A DNA stretch of 64,000 bases from the NCBI GenBank assembly GCA_010093705.1, contig MU006092.1:68623-132622 (forward strand), given 5' to 3'. The notes beneath the pieces are model-generated. The model saw only the letters and a list, made by a program, of their open reading frames with translations. It was not told the DNA's origin and did no database searches. The DNA comes from Patellaria atrata CBS 101060. Lineage: Eukaryota. Positions 23,315 to 35,240 of this stretch are shown one piece after another; within the stretch, counting starts at the first letter, position 1; the number at the start of each line of letters is the position of its first letter. Both the position numbers and the translations under genes were made by a program.

Positions 23315-25619
23315 ATGGATACCGAGGGAAATAGTCGAGGTGACCCTGAACGGCAGGAAAGGCTGCAGGATTCCTCTGCCGGATTCACTGCTGTAAACGG
23401 CCAGGATTCACCAGTCAGAGGCGTACCATCACACCCAGTGGGGTCAGATTTACACGCACGCTCTCGGCAGGGTTCCAGCGAACACAGGCCGTTAGAGACC
23501 AAACCGATGGCCCAAGATCCAGAGGGGTGGGCGTTCACGCCTCGGAATGTCGATAAGGGCACTACACGAGAGAATCAAGGCCCTCAAAAGAACGATTTGC
23601 CTATAAGTAGTCCGGGCAAGCGGAAAAGAGCAGATTCTGAAGCGGAAGAGGACAGTGGTTCTGCAATTTCGCCATACGACGTCGGATCTAGTTCTAGCGG
23701 GCAAATACGGCAAAGGATGGACTCTTACGCATCCAATGGGCCGAGAAGAGAGTCCACCGAGACGGCGGAGCATGCAGCTCCCGGTTCTGCAAGGCAACCT
23801 AGGGTGGACGAGCGAAGCGAACCTCATCCGATCCCTTACACCCACCAAGATGTAGACAACAATAAAGAAAGCGGTAGTTGGTATCATCGTGAGCGCGTTG
23901 AAAGTCCAGGTTCGGATATCCAGCTCGCAGAAGCACTCCAAAGAGATGCACAAGCACAACAGCAATCGCGCGCGAATGGAGATGGCGGAAATGAAAGTAC
24001 TTCCCCACAGGCTCCTAACGGATCTGGCGTACAACTTGACCCCAATGCCAAAAACAAGAGAAAACGGGTATGTCTCAATATAATAGAATGTTGAGCGTCT
24101 CATCTAACTATGTTTCAGATGTTCAGCAATCGAACCAAGACAGGATGTCAAACTTGCAGACGAAGAAAGAAGAAATGCGACGAACAAAAGCCTGAATGTT
24201 TGTCATTCTAACCACAATCCATGTTCACCTCCAGTACTGATTTTGAGTCGCAGGCAGTAATTGTATTCGCGGTGGTTTCGTCTGCGAAGGCTACACTGTT
24301 AAAACTGCTTGGAGCAAACCCGGCACCCTTACGAAGCAACCTATTCCCTTGCAGTCGAAAGAAGGATATCCTGACCAAAATAACATGTATCCGAAGTCGG
24401 TCACAAGTTTCAGTGATGCATACTTTTCCCGTCCAAGGGAAGAGAATTTCGAGCACCACTCAGGGTATGCCACGTCACATCCATATATCATCTCAAGTAA
24501 TAGTATTGCTAACTCTGTGATAGTTTCCCACCGCGACCACCCCGCGAGCAACAGTACGTAGAATCGGCTCCTCCAAGTGCGGTCGACGGTGCTCGCAATC
24601 GACCCATTATGGTGGAAGACGATCATTCACAGCAAAGACAACCTTCATGGTCTGCTCAGAGTTGGGGACCAGAGCCAGCGCAACGGAACTTCCCCCAAGA
24701 TCGTCCTATGACCAATGATTATAATAGACCGGCGATACAGCAAGAACAACCACGACCGATCGAACCGCATCGGCCCGGTTCTCACTCCAGTCAAGTTCAA
24801 CAATCGATGCCGCCTATGCACAATGCACCGATGACGGCGCAGTTGGCACTACAGCGGCAACCGACCAACCCAGCATCGAATGTCCGGCCGGCGCCACCAT
24901 CAACCCAACAACCTATGCTCTCCGAAAAGGAGAAGATGTTCAAGGGTGAGAAGTACCTACCCTTCTCTCAGCAGCTGGTGGAAGAACGAGAGAACTGCAA
25001 AGCGGCGCTCTGGCGTTTCAACCACTCTATGGACCCCGGTCGAGGCGTGACTCGCGAGGAGCGTACGCGCTTGTTTAAAGCGATTTTGCAACCATCCTGG
25101 ATACCACGCCGCACGAACCAGTCCTCGCCTAACCCCCATCCGATCGGTAGTTTGGGCAGCGATGTTTGCGTCGAGGCGCCGTTTTACTGCGAGTACGGCT
25201 ATAATATTAATATCGGTCCGGATGTAGTTATTGGACCCAACTGCACGATCCTGGACCCTTGCATTATCATCATCAGCGCCCGGTGTATTATTGGACCAAA
25301 CGTCAATATTTATGGGAACAGTGTTGATCTGCATCCCGCGCGGCGGCAGGGGAGCAAAGGCCCGGCACAAGGAAAGAGGATCGTTATTGAAGAAGATTGC
25401 TTCATCGGTGGTAATGTTACTATCTGTCCCGGCGTTACCATTGGAAAGGGCTCGACTGTTGCAGCTGGCTCGGTTGTCATTAATGTAAGTTGGTTCTCGA
25501 GCGAGATTTTCTCAAGAAACTGTTACTGATTCCTCGTGTAGGACATTCCTCGATACGTTCTGGCAGCCGGGAACCCGACAAGGGTAGTCCGCGGTATGTA
25601 TGGAGTCGGGCAAGGATGA
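23315..25619 (+). CDS. Zn(II)2Cys6 DNA-binding protein fused to a maltose/galactoside O-acetyltransferase (Mac + hexapeptide LbH) domain; about 5 exons
   Basis: Spliced RTKTGCQTCRRRKKKCDEQKPECSNCIRGGFVCEGY; C-terminal SEKEKM..GE.Y, VEAPFYCEYGYNI.IG, IGGNVTICPGVTIG.GS.VAAGSVV and A.GNP.RV. Confidence 0.9.
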
Positions 25620-26895
25620 ATGTCGAATACATCACGCTCAAGCAACAGAATCAAGTCAATTTCTTACAATGGTAAAGGGACGTCCTCTGTTCTATGACGC
25701 TTTGTTCTACTTGACTGTCACATTTTGGTAACCTCCCTTTATTACATGTTTTGGAAACCAACGTTACTATTTTAGTAACATCTTCCCTAATCTCCTATAC
25801 TTTCAATTTCGGGTGGGAGCGAAACAAGCGGCGCGGGAGCGTAGGTGGGAACACGCATCGGTTCGGAACAAGGCTTGGGGAAAACGGAAGCGGCACGACA
25901 CGGTACGGGAACTGGGGGGCCCACGGGAGCATTCTGAACATCTTATCCACCCTTTTGCATATGCGCTCGTTCATTTTCAGCTTCGGCACGACGGGACGAG
26001 TCTCCTTTCCAACCCTAGACTCACAGCACACTATTTCGTGACTATTGTTGGGTTCTTTTTTCTCACTGTATCTTTTGTATATATTCGGTATTTTCTCTTC
26101 TCTTTTCTTTCCTTAGGGGAGCTTTTTAGACCTCATAGTTGAGTAACGGTAGTGTTGATAGATTGAGGGTTGCTGGTCCCCCTGGCCTGGGCCAGGGGTG
26201 TTGAGGAGTGATGGGGGAGCAGCGACTCCTAGGAGGACTCCTGGGAGGGGTGATTGTATATACTGCCGGTCAGGCTATACATATGGTAGCATATGGTATG
26301 AATATTATGGTAATCTTTCAAAGCTAAGCCTGCGCAAGCAACACGTATACTCTGAACATGCCTGGGTTTCAGCTTGTTGGAGATCTATACCTTATGCGTA
26401 TCCTTTAAATTGCCTTTATGAAAATAGGATCGGTGGGAGTTAAAGTCTTTTACTCCCTCTGTGGATAGAAAGATCGGAACTGTGGGCTCTTAATAAGCGA
26501 TTGCTACCAACCTGTGATCATACGTACGATATCACCGAATAACGCTTGACGGATTCATCAGTCTGTGAGTTCGCATTCGAGATTTTGTCTTTTCTAGCCC
26601 ACCGCACGACTTGTCGGTCACTATACGCTTTTGCGGTACATATACCATTGTACTCTCTAGCTTGGCCCATTTTGAGATTTGCACCAGTTGTATTGAACAG
26701 TCGAGTCGGAAGCCTTGGGAGTTGAAAGATGAACGGAAAGCTAGGCGGGCCATTGAGTGAAAAAAAGTCGACACTCGATGCAAATAATACAATTCCCTAC
26801 CCCATAAAACAAAACTTTATGTCCAGATTTGATACTCGTACAATGTAGCAATTCTGAACATCGACTTTACTCCAACCCCTGGCCCTTCATCCAAT

Positions 26896-27751
26896 TTACC
26901 CTATCCACGCTTCATGCATCCTCTTCCTCTGCTCTTTCCTCTTTTTCTCCACCTGTCTGTCTAAATCATCCAGCTCCCTCTTCGCCCTCTTGCTCGGCGG
27001 ATAAACCAACTTCTTTTTAATCTCGCCCTTGGTAAACCACTCCTGCACCTCTTGATCCTTCCCACCTATAAACCCCTCCAACCTCCGCTCTTCCTCCGTT
27101 TCCCTCACAGCCTCCAGCTTCAGAAACTTTTCCACCAGCCCGTCCAACTCATTCGCACCATCCGGCCTAAACTGGGTTACCTTTTTGATATTTGATTCCG
27201 TAATCTCGTTGATGGGTTTATTGAGGTGATGTTGGTGCGCGAGGACTTTGGCTGTCATAGCGAAGCGCATGTCGCGCGGTCCGTCGACGAGCTCGAGGAT
27301 GGCAGATTCCGCTTGATCTTCTTTTGTGGGTTCGATGCGGAGGACGCGGGTGTAGCCGCCGGGGCGGTTGAGGTATCGCGTGCGGAGGGAGGTGAAAAGT
27401 TTCTCTACTAGAGGGCCGGGCGTCTATTGGATTCATCAGCTCACTTTCACCATACCAAGTCAGGGAACGGGTGGATGACAGATAAGTGTGTTATGGGATA
27501 TCGGATGGAAAGGGGATATAGGGAGGTAGACATACGAAGAATATCTGTGTCGCCCTCCTTCGACTCGCATTCGTATTCTTCTTGCCCAGCGTAATCAGCT
27601 TCTCTGCAAGCCGTTGCGCTTCTTTCGCCTTGTGCCATGTCGTTGTTATCGACTCGTGCGTGAAGAGGGATGTCACGAGATTGCGGAGGAGGGCTTGTCG
27701 ATGCGAGGATTTGCGGGAGAGATGGCGGTATTTGACTAGGCCGCCGGCCAT
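26896..27751 (-). CDS. MRPL8: Mitochondrial ribosomal protein bL17m; 2 exons
   Basis: [54 protein letters not shown]. Confidence 0.93.
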
Positions 27752-28235
27752 GGTGGTTCTCGTGTGGAAGAGAGAGCGTGCGTAAGTAGGTGTACAAAGT
27801 GGTGGGTGGGTTATCTCATCCGGTTCACAGATCGGTAGTTATCGAATTGATTATAACTCGACTTCGAGATCAATTGAGAGAATACACTTCTCCCCGATAT
27901 GACAGGTCGAGGAGTATTGTAGTACTCCGTGTAGGTGGTGGTTTAAAGGTTGCGCTTCATGGGGATGCGGCTCGAAAAAGTCCAGGGCTCGGATGTGCAC
28001 CGATTTGCCCGGTTCCGATCTCACTTACTGTAATTCAACGTCAATCGCATACAACACCAAATCACACGCATAGCACTACTTCGAATCCGAATGACACAAA
28101 GCATAAGCATCACAACTCTCAATTCTACTCGTACGGTATACTAAACTCCTCGGTTGGCGGCCTGGGTCGGACGACTGGGCACTTGTCTTGACATCATCCA
28201 TTGTATACTCCGTAGATTTAAGTCATAAGATCGCA

Positions 28236-28634
28236 ATGGGCTTCACGACCGGCTTAGTATGTAGCTCTTAGATACATATTATTGTTTACAATCGCTAATA
28301 GTGTTCCCAGCTCTCGGGCCTCACCCTAACCAGCACGCTCCTCTATCTTACCGTCTCCCACCACCACCTAACACGCAGCAACCAACGGGCCTTAATTCAC
28401 CGCTCTACCTTATTACTCACCAACATCGTGGAACCCCTTCCTCCCTTACCAGAACCTGTAGCTAGAGAGGCGCGCGGCGGCTTAGTCGAGACAGCGAAAG
28501 ATATCTGGAATCGGGAGTTGGAGGGACTGGTGAGGCGGGCACAGGGGGTACGGTGGAGGGAGGTAGAGGAGAGGGTGGAGGGGGTGGTGGGAGGAATTGT
28601 GGGGAAGGTACGGGAAGAGGGTGGGAGCAGTTGA
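28236..28634 (+). CDS. MIC12: MICOS complex subunit Mic12 (Aim5-like); intron 28257-28310
   Basis: MGFTTGL|LSGLTLTSTLLYL N-terminal TM segment and an ETAKDIWN.ELE motif. Confidence 0.8.
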
Positions 28635-29248
28635 TGGTAGTGTCCAAGAGGATATATTTGAAGGGGGTGCGGTGGGAAAGAGAGTGTTTGTGTATATATA
28701 TGTCGGGAGTGTATAAAGAGCTTAAGGACGAGGATACCCAGATAGTGCTAATTATCGGAGTAATGAGACCATCTTCGAGAAGATGAGCGACGAATGCCGA
28801 AAAGGAGCCCTATAATGTTACTATGTTACTTATCTTATGATTCGAGCTACGAAGTGTCGGTTTTCTATCAAGCATAATTCGAAGCATTAGATATCCCGTT
28901 GGAGATCATATGAAATAGATACTTAAACAAGAACCTCGCACCACAACATCTGTCATACGCAGGATTCAATTTTCTCACGCCACTAATGCTAAGCTAATCA
29001 AACAATCCACAGACGCGGATAAATCATCAGACCAATGCCCATAACTCTCGATTTACCCCAAAGCTAGGTGATACGGCTCCAAGACACATGCGCCTCACCC
29101 TGACCTACTGAGGAAAAGGAAACAAACAACACCGCTCGTCCGCTCAAGATGATGCCGAACCTATCGAACCTAATTTTGCTCCGTCCTAACATGCTTGACC
29201 TGAGACAAGACGCCTGAAACGCCAGACAAACAGAATTCGTGAAAGTCA

Positions 29249-31851
29249 TTATGTCCTAGGCAGAGAGCCTCCGTTAGGAGTAGGATTGAGAGGACTGGCG
29301 TTAGCGCTAGCAAGTCGAGGGTTATTGGGAAGGTTGGGACGATGAGTGGTCGGTGGCTGCATCGATACGGGAGGGGGAGGTTTCGGTGGAAGTGAGGATG
29401 GAGTGCCCCACTTGGCAATGGTGCTCTGAGATGAAGTTGGCGCCGACACTGGTTGCGGAAGCGGGTGAGATGTTCCCTGATTTCCATTCCTCACAGGAAG
29501 ATTGTTCTGGGGTTGACGCGGAGAACTGAACGACGATCGCTGCGCCATCGGTGGGCTTTGTCGAGGAATTTGAATCTGTCCAGGAAACTGATAGTTGTAC
29601 CCGCTCATATTCGGCGAGTTCATGACAGGCACAGGTGGTTTTGCAGGTAAACCTCCAGGTACAAACGCTTGACTTTGAGGATTGAACTGCTGCCTGTTAA
29701 AGCTGCCAGGAACCGGATGGTGATTCCTGTTCTGTTGAGCAGCTTGATAAGGAGAAGCTTGAACTGAATTGTATGTATAGGTGTTCTGTGCAACACCTTG
29801 ACTGGGAGGCACAGCGCGATCAGGGTAACCTTGCTGTCCGTATGGAACTTGAGGCATCTGGTACGGTTGTTGAAATGACATATGAGGCCAAGCTTGACTC
29901 ATCTGGGGTTGCGGTGCTTGGTAGTTGTCGGGGAAGTTAGGCATGGATGGTGGCATCTTAGGAGTGCTTTGTGAATTAAGACTCGTAGATTGTAAGGACT
30001 GCATTCCACGTTGGAAGTCAGCAGGCAACTCATAGTTTGGTATACCGTATTGCTGAATGCCCAAGCCCGGGTTGGGAGAAGGATAAACTTGTGTTTGCCA
30101 AGGGAACTGCGCTTGGGAATCGTGCTGAAGTGTTGGAGAGAGGCCATTGTTATAAGGAACTGCTGCTGTCAATTGCGAGGGGATCGGAGTATAACCTGGC
30201 CCTGCCATCATCTGAGGATAACCAGCGTAGTATGTAGCTTCAGTAACATACCCTCCTGGCGCGTATTGCGGGCTGGAGTAATAAGTCGTAAAAGATGATC
30301 TGGCCTCGAAGCCATCGTCATCATTGTTGCGTTGCTTTTTGCTCTTTTTCTTTCCAGAAGCAGAACTCGAGCGAGAAACGTCGTTAGGCTCGGTCGACTC
30401 CTTGATCTCAGCGTTCTCGTTCTCGGGGGTGTCACCAAAGATCCTCATTCTGACCTCTTTGTACTTGGCTTCGCGTTCTTCACGTGTCAGTTGAGCTTTG
30501 GATTTTGAGTTCTGGTCATCGCTGCCGCTATCGCCACCGGCTTCTGAGGTAGTTTTTGACGGGCCTTCAGAGTTTGTCGTAGTATTCGTACCAGAGTTAC
30601 CGCCACCAGCATTGGCCCTACGCATGATGGTTCGCGCTTGGACGTTTAATGGAGGGGTAGGAACTGAGGTCGGGTTTGACAGTCCTGAAAGACGCGGAGG
30701 CCTAGCGTTCAATGGTTAGTAATATCCAACGCGATATGTGCGCGTGACGTACATTCTAGCGTAACTAGTCTTGAAAAGTTGGACCGCGCTCATTGATGGA
30801 TCGACCACGTGACCTAGAAGATAATAATCTGCGAGCCGATGGGCTAACATTCGGTAGAAAGCATTGCATTGTGGAAGGTCGAGTTTCGTTTCTCTGAAAA
30901 GCCAATGAGCGCCTTGCCAACAAATTAGCGGAACAAACTCACTTTGAATTATTGACAAAATCAATTATGTCCTGTTCTAACTTTACAACGAAGAGACGGT
31001 CTCTGGGTGATTCTAGAGCCTCAAGAAGCTTTTCATCAGGCTGAGGATTGACAACCTCAGCTATACCATCGGCGGACACAGTCCTAGCTACGGGTAGAGG
31101 GTTTGCTTGGATGACCTCGGGATTAGGTGGAACTTCAAACTCAGAGATACCAGGAGGGACAGATGTCTGGGGGAATCTCCCATGGGGAAACCTCTTCTGT
31201 TGAGGTAGTGTGCCGATAGCAGATATCTCATGCAACTGATCACGGAAAGCTCGGGCTATGCCACTATCAGAACCAACCCTGGATCCCGCTACAACTGAGC
31301 CTGGGGCTGAAAAGACATCTTCTTCTTCCACTGCCCTGAGGCTTGCACTGTCATCCGGGCGAAGAGATTCTTTCTCATCTAGGGCAAATGTGGTTGCTGA
31401 TGCCACGCTCTTGCCATCTACGCTTGCAGGTTTCCCGGAGCTATTGGATGATGACAAATTAGTCACATTATCATCAGTAACAATCGCAAGTGGCGGAACA
31501 TCCAGCCTAGGTAATCTATCGCTGTTATCAGGCGAGGCGAATTTTACAGCGTCAACTTGTGCAATTCTCAATGGCAAGTCCTTTCGAGCCATATCACCCT
31601 GGCCTCCGCGTGCTGGTTCATGTTTGGGCTTCTCTTGACTCTCCTTCTCCTGTTTCTTCACTACCCTCTCCTGTATCTTTGTCGGAGCAATTTTAGGTGC
31701 GGTGTTCTCCTGAGGCTGACGTAGAACATAAGAAGATGCTGCAACCTGCATAATGTGAGCGCAAGCACGATGGGAACTAAATGGGAGGGTATAGACGCAC
31801 CTTCGCGAAGGATGGCTTCAGAGTCGCTGTTGTAGCCGGAATAGACGCCAT
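29249..31851 (-). CDS. R3H + SUZ domain RNA-binding protein with a Q/P/Y-rich low-complexity C-terminus (Rbs1-like); 4 coding exons
   Basis: Exon 1 reads MASIPATTATLKPSFAK. R3H motif FYRMLAHRLADYY; SUZ motif TREEREAKYKEVRMRIF; FNPQSQAFVP. Confidence 0.88.
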
Positions 31852-32833
31852 TCTCCAAAATTACCCGCCCAGTCCTGAAAAAGTAAGATAAATGAGACTT
31901 GGTGTCACGAATGTGTTTTTTTCGAGCTCCGCAAACGTTGATCACGGATGGCAAGCAAGTAATGTATATGGAAGGTTGATCTAGAACGGATATTCAGGAA
32001 GCAGACTGCTCAAGGAAAGTTGTGACAATCATGGAGGCCAGGATGCTGGACATGATTGATTCTCGACATAGAGCGCTATCGCTAGTTAATGAGCATGAAA
32101 TCCAGGTGGTGAAATTATGCTGGAGGAGGGAAGGATAGCAGTAAGTGAAGGGCAAAAAGTAAAAGTAAGAGGGACGAGGTTTCTGGTTGTCGACTTCGAC
32201 TATTGAGCTGTCAAACCATGGGATCACGGTGCGGGCCACGGAAGGGGTACAGGTGGAAAAGTGAGGCACTAGCCACCTGATCAGAGAAACTTATATCCTC
32301 TTTTCCGCAGACCTAGACAAACGAAAAAATGGTAAGCTGGAAAGCTGGAGGAAGCGTAATATCTATAATAGCGAAGAGAGGTATAAAAAAAAACCGCTTT
32401 GCGTGGGAGACTAACCTGGAACTGAAGTGGTAGTGGATGAGGTTGTGGTATTGGGGTGCCTTTGCGGTACAAAAGTTGATTCTTTGGGTACAGTAAGGTA
32501 GAAACCACTTCCGACGAGATTTTCCGCTCCGGTATAATTCTTCCAAAAATGGCAAGATACCACATCTAGTGACTTGTGGCTCTTGCTTAGGTAGTAACCG
32601 TGGCTGGTGCTCTACATATCTTAGACCAACCTAACTTAACTTGGGTTAGGTCTTGTATCGCTGACTACTTTACGATCTAAGGCTTTTATTGTTCAGGTAC
32701 CTTATACCTTACATTGAATCCTCACTTTCTCTGGCATCAATCATGCAATTATATTCTACTTTCACATAGATTGACAGCATTCTCAGGATTTTACCCTCTC
32801 AATCAAACCCATCTGGGCAACTAACCCGCTCAT

Positions 32834-33914
32834 ATGCATCGTTTCCAACGAGGCCCAGGATATTCTGGTCCCTCGAAAGCTTCACCTTCCACTGTGTGTC
32901 AAAAATGCTTGAAACGAGATATGTCATTCCTGGACCATAAACATGATATGCAAACTGACCTCAATTTTACGACACTACAGTTATGAATGTAAGGCTACAA
33001 TCCAGGATCGGCCGTATGTGTCGCGACCCTCGCGCAGTCAGCAGCTTGCGAATCCCAAGCTAGTACCCCAGCTGAACAGCGATATTCCCAACGAATTATT
33101 ACGAAAGTAAGATTTCCTGCTCGAGTAAAACAATTCTCCCTCTCACATCTTTCGTAGGAATGGTATTGCAGACGAAGAACTGGCCAAGATAGCGGAGGAA
33201 CGTGGCCGAAAGCGTAGTCGGGAAGACGAAGATGCATCTCCTCCACCCCAACGGAAACGCTCGAGATCTGCCTCATCATACTCTTCCTCGTCCGTGTCGA
33301 CAATTTCCACCAATCATTCTAGATCGCTATCTCGGGATATTGAGGACACTTACATGACCTCGCAAAGGACCGATTTCTTACCGGCAAAACCACAGAATGG
33401 CTATGGCAAACGTAGGCGATCTAGGTCATCATCTGTGGACTCATATACCTCGTACAATTCACGTGACGAGAAACGTGAAAAAGATTCAGACAGGAATACC
33501 AGAAGAAGGATGAGCTCATATAGCCCCGGGGCACGAGGTCGCCGAAGAAGTAGGTCTTTGACATCCAATGTACGACACAGGGTCCACTACAGAAGTCGAA
33601 GCCCGTATAGAGCTACTACCCGCCACAACGACGCTCCACGGGGTATAGGCAAACGTGTATCATCCCCAAAACGCAGAGACGGTCGACCCAGATCACGCAT
33701 GCGGTTTCGCTCCGGTTCTAGAAGTCCTTATAGGCCTAGAGGAAGTTCGAGATCAACGACTCCGGTACACCGATCTAAAGATACAAATCAGGACCGGAGT
33801 ATAGCCCCTAACATTCATCAGCGGCAAAACCCCTCTGCAAAACCGAAGGAGAGAAGTTTGAGTCCCTTCAGCAAACGCTTGGCTCTGACCCAAGCGATGA
33901 ACATGGAAAGATAA
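32834..33914 (+). CDS. ZCCHC10-like CCHC zinc-knuckle protein with an RS-rich tail; exons 32834-32918, 32971-33106 and 33158-33914 (first intron AT-AC)
   Basis: Spliced CQKCLKRGHYSYECK..RPYVSRPSRSQQL.NPKL; RS-rich region; terminal RSLSPFSKRLALTQAMN. Confidence 0.85.
32919..32970 (+). other. Non-canonical AT-AC intron (52 nt) with U2-type signals
   Basis: 5' end ATATGT, branch ACTGAC at 32954-32959, 3' end TTTTAC. Removing it gives G|GA CAC = Gly-His and completes CX2CX4HX4C. Confidence 0.8.
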
Positions 33915-34392
33915 ACAAAGTCACATAATTCGCGGCGTTTTTGGTGTTCGATAAGTCTGGAATGGCCTTTCTTGATACCCATCTTCTGGCGATTTCATTT
34001 TGGATTTGTAAAAGTAGCTATCTGTCTCCACGCGTTTCCACGTAGCGCCTCTTCTTCGATGCCTTCTAATTCGCTCGAACTATGTAGTTCTACGTCATCT
34101 GGAGAGCCAGAGCTATCGAAGGACAGTGCATCAAGTGTCTCCTCAGTACTAAGCAACATGACCTAAATAATTCTCTGCAACAGCGCATGGAAGTTTTCTT
34201 CACAGTACTCGCAACATAGCACAACGTCACCCCTCCAACGCGACCTCGGCTTCGCATTTGCCTCATCAGAGTGTCATATCATGTCATATCGACGACCTCC
34301 TCAATTCAGTTCTTGTTGCGGACGCTTCCTTTGTTTGAAACCTTTTCAGCGCTTGTGACATGCAGTCACTTTGTTTGGTAGATAGTTAATAT

Positions 34393-35037
34393 TCATGAAT
34401 TCTCTAAATTGAATTCCCGTTCCAGCTCCCGCTCCCTCCTCTCATCTTCCTCTTCCTCGCGTTCCCGCACATGCATGGCCTCAACCAAATCTATCCCTGC
34501 CATTCCCGGTGCCTCTTCTTCTTCTCCACTTGCGCCGTCTGTCTTTTTCTCCCTCGCAGCGTTTTGCGCAGCTTCCACCCTCTCCCTCACCATTCTGGCA
34601 ATAGCATTGTCAGTCCTCACATTCAGAACCTCTAGTTTCTTGTTGAGGTCCCTCTTCAAATCCCAATTAGGCTTTTTGGGCTGTAACTTGAACAGATCTA
34701 ACGGTGCATTCCCTTTCTCTTCTTTCTCAGCCTCAGCTTTCGTCTGTGCCGCTATAGCAGCAGAGCGCTCCTCGAGTGTTTCCTGACCAGCTGACGGCGC
34801 GTTCTCAAAACCTAGTTTCGGACCACGGGTCGCTATATCATAATTTCGGCCGGAAAGGTAGGTCGACGTCACATCTGGAGAAGGGGATTTTGCGGGTTGA
34901 GCTTCTGCATTAGCAGTGTCTCTATCGGCTCCGGCGTCTTGCGAGCTGTCTGGTTGTTTCCGTTTCAATGATTTGAGCTTTGCGAGGCGGGCTTTTCGCT
35001 CTTGAGCGGCAGCATCAAGCGAGGCGTGAGAATTCAT
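34393..35037 (-). CDS. cwf18: Pre-mRNA splicing factor Cwf18 (CCDC12 family)
   Basis: SLDAAAQERKARLAKLKSLKRK, LSGRNYD and DLFKLQPKKPNWDLKRDL..KLE.L..RT.NAIA. Confidence 0.92.
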   Translation of the reverse strand: MNSHASLDAAAQERKARLAKLKSLKRKQPDSSQDAGADRDTANAEAQPAKSPSPDVTSTYLSGRNYDIATRGPKLGFENAPSAGQETLEERSAAIAAQTKAEAEKEEKGNAPLDLFKLQPKKPNWDLKRDLNKKLEVLNVRTDNAIARMVRERVEAAQNAAREKKTDGASGEEEEAPGMAGIDLVEAMHVREREEEEDERRERELEREFNLENS

Positions 35038-35240
35038 CCTGACGGGAGGTGGTGATGTCTTAACCTTTTTTGAATTGCTACCTTTCGGTTGGGATGTGGT
35101 TGAAGATATGAGCGAGCGCACAGACCATCTACATTCTGTTCGGGGAAGCTCCGCATGGCGCGTCTATCATAAAATTCACCTCCATTCACACCGCCCACGC
35201 TTATGTCTCTCACCATGGCCCGATGAATATTTGACTTTCC

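Noticed and set aside
24396..24465. Alternative in-phase donor (GTCGGT at 24396) or 42-nt intron in the Zn2Cys6-acetyltransferase gene
   Set aside because: The frame stays open to the stronger GTATGC donor at 24465, so no extra splice is needed.
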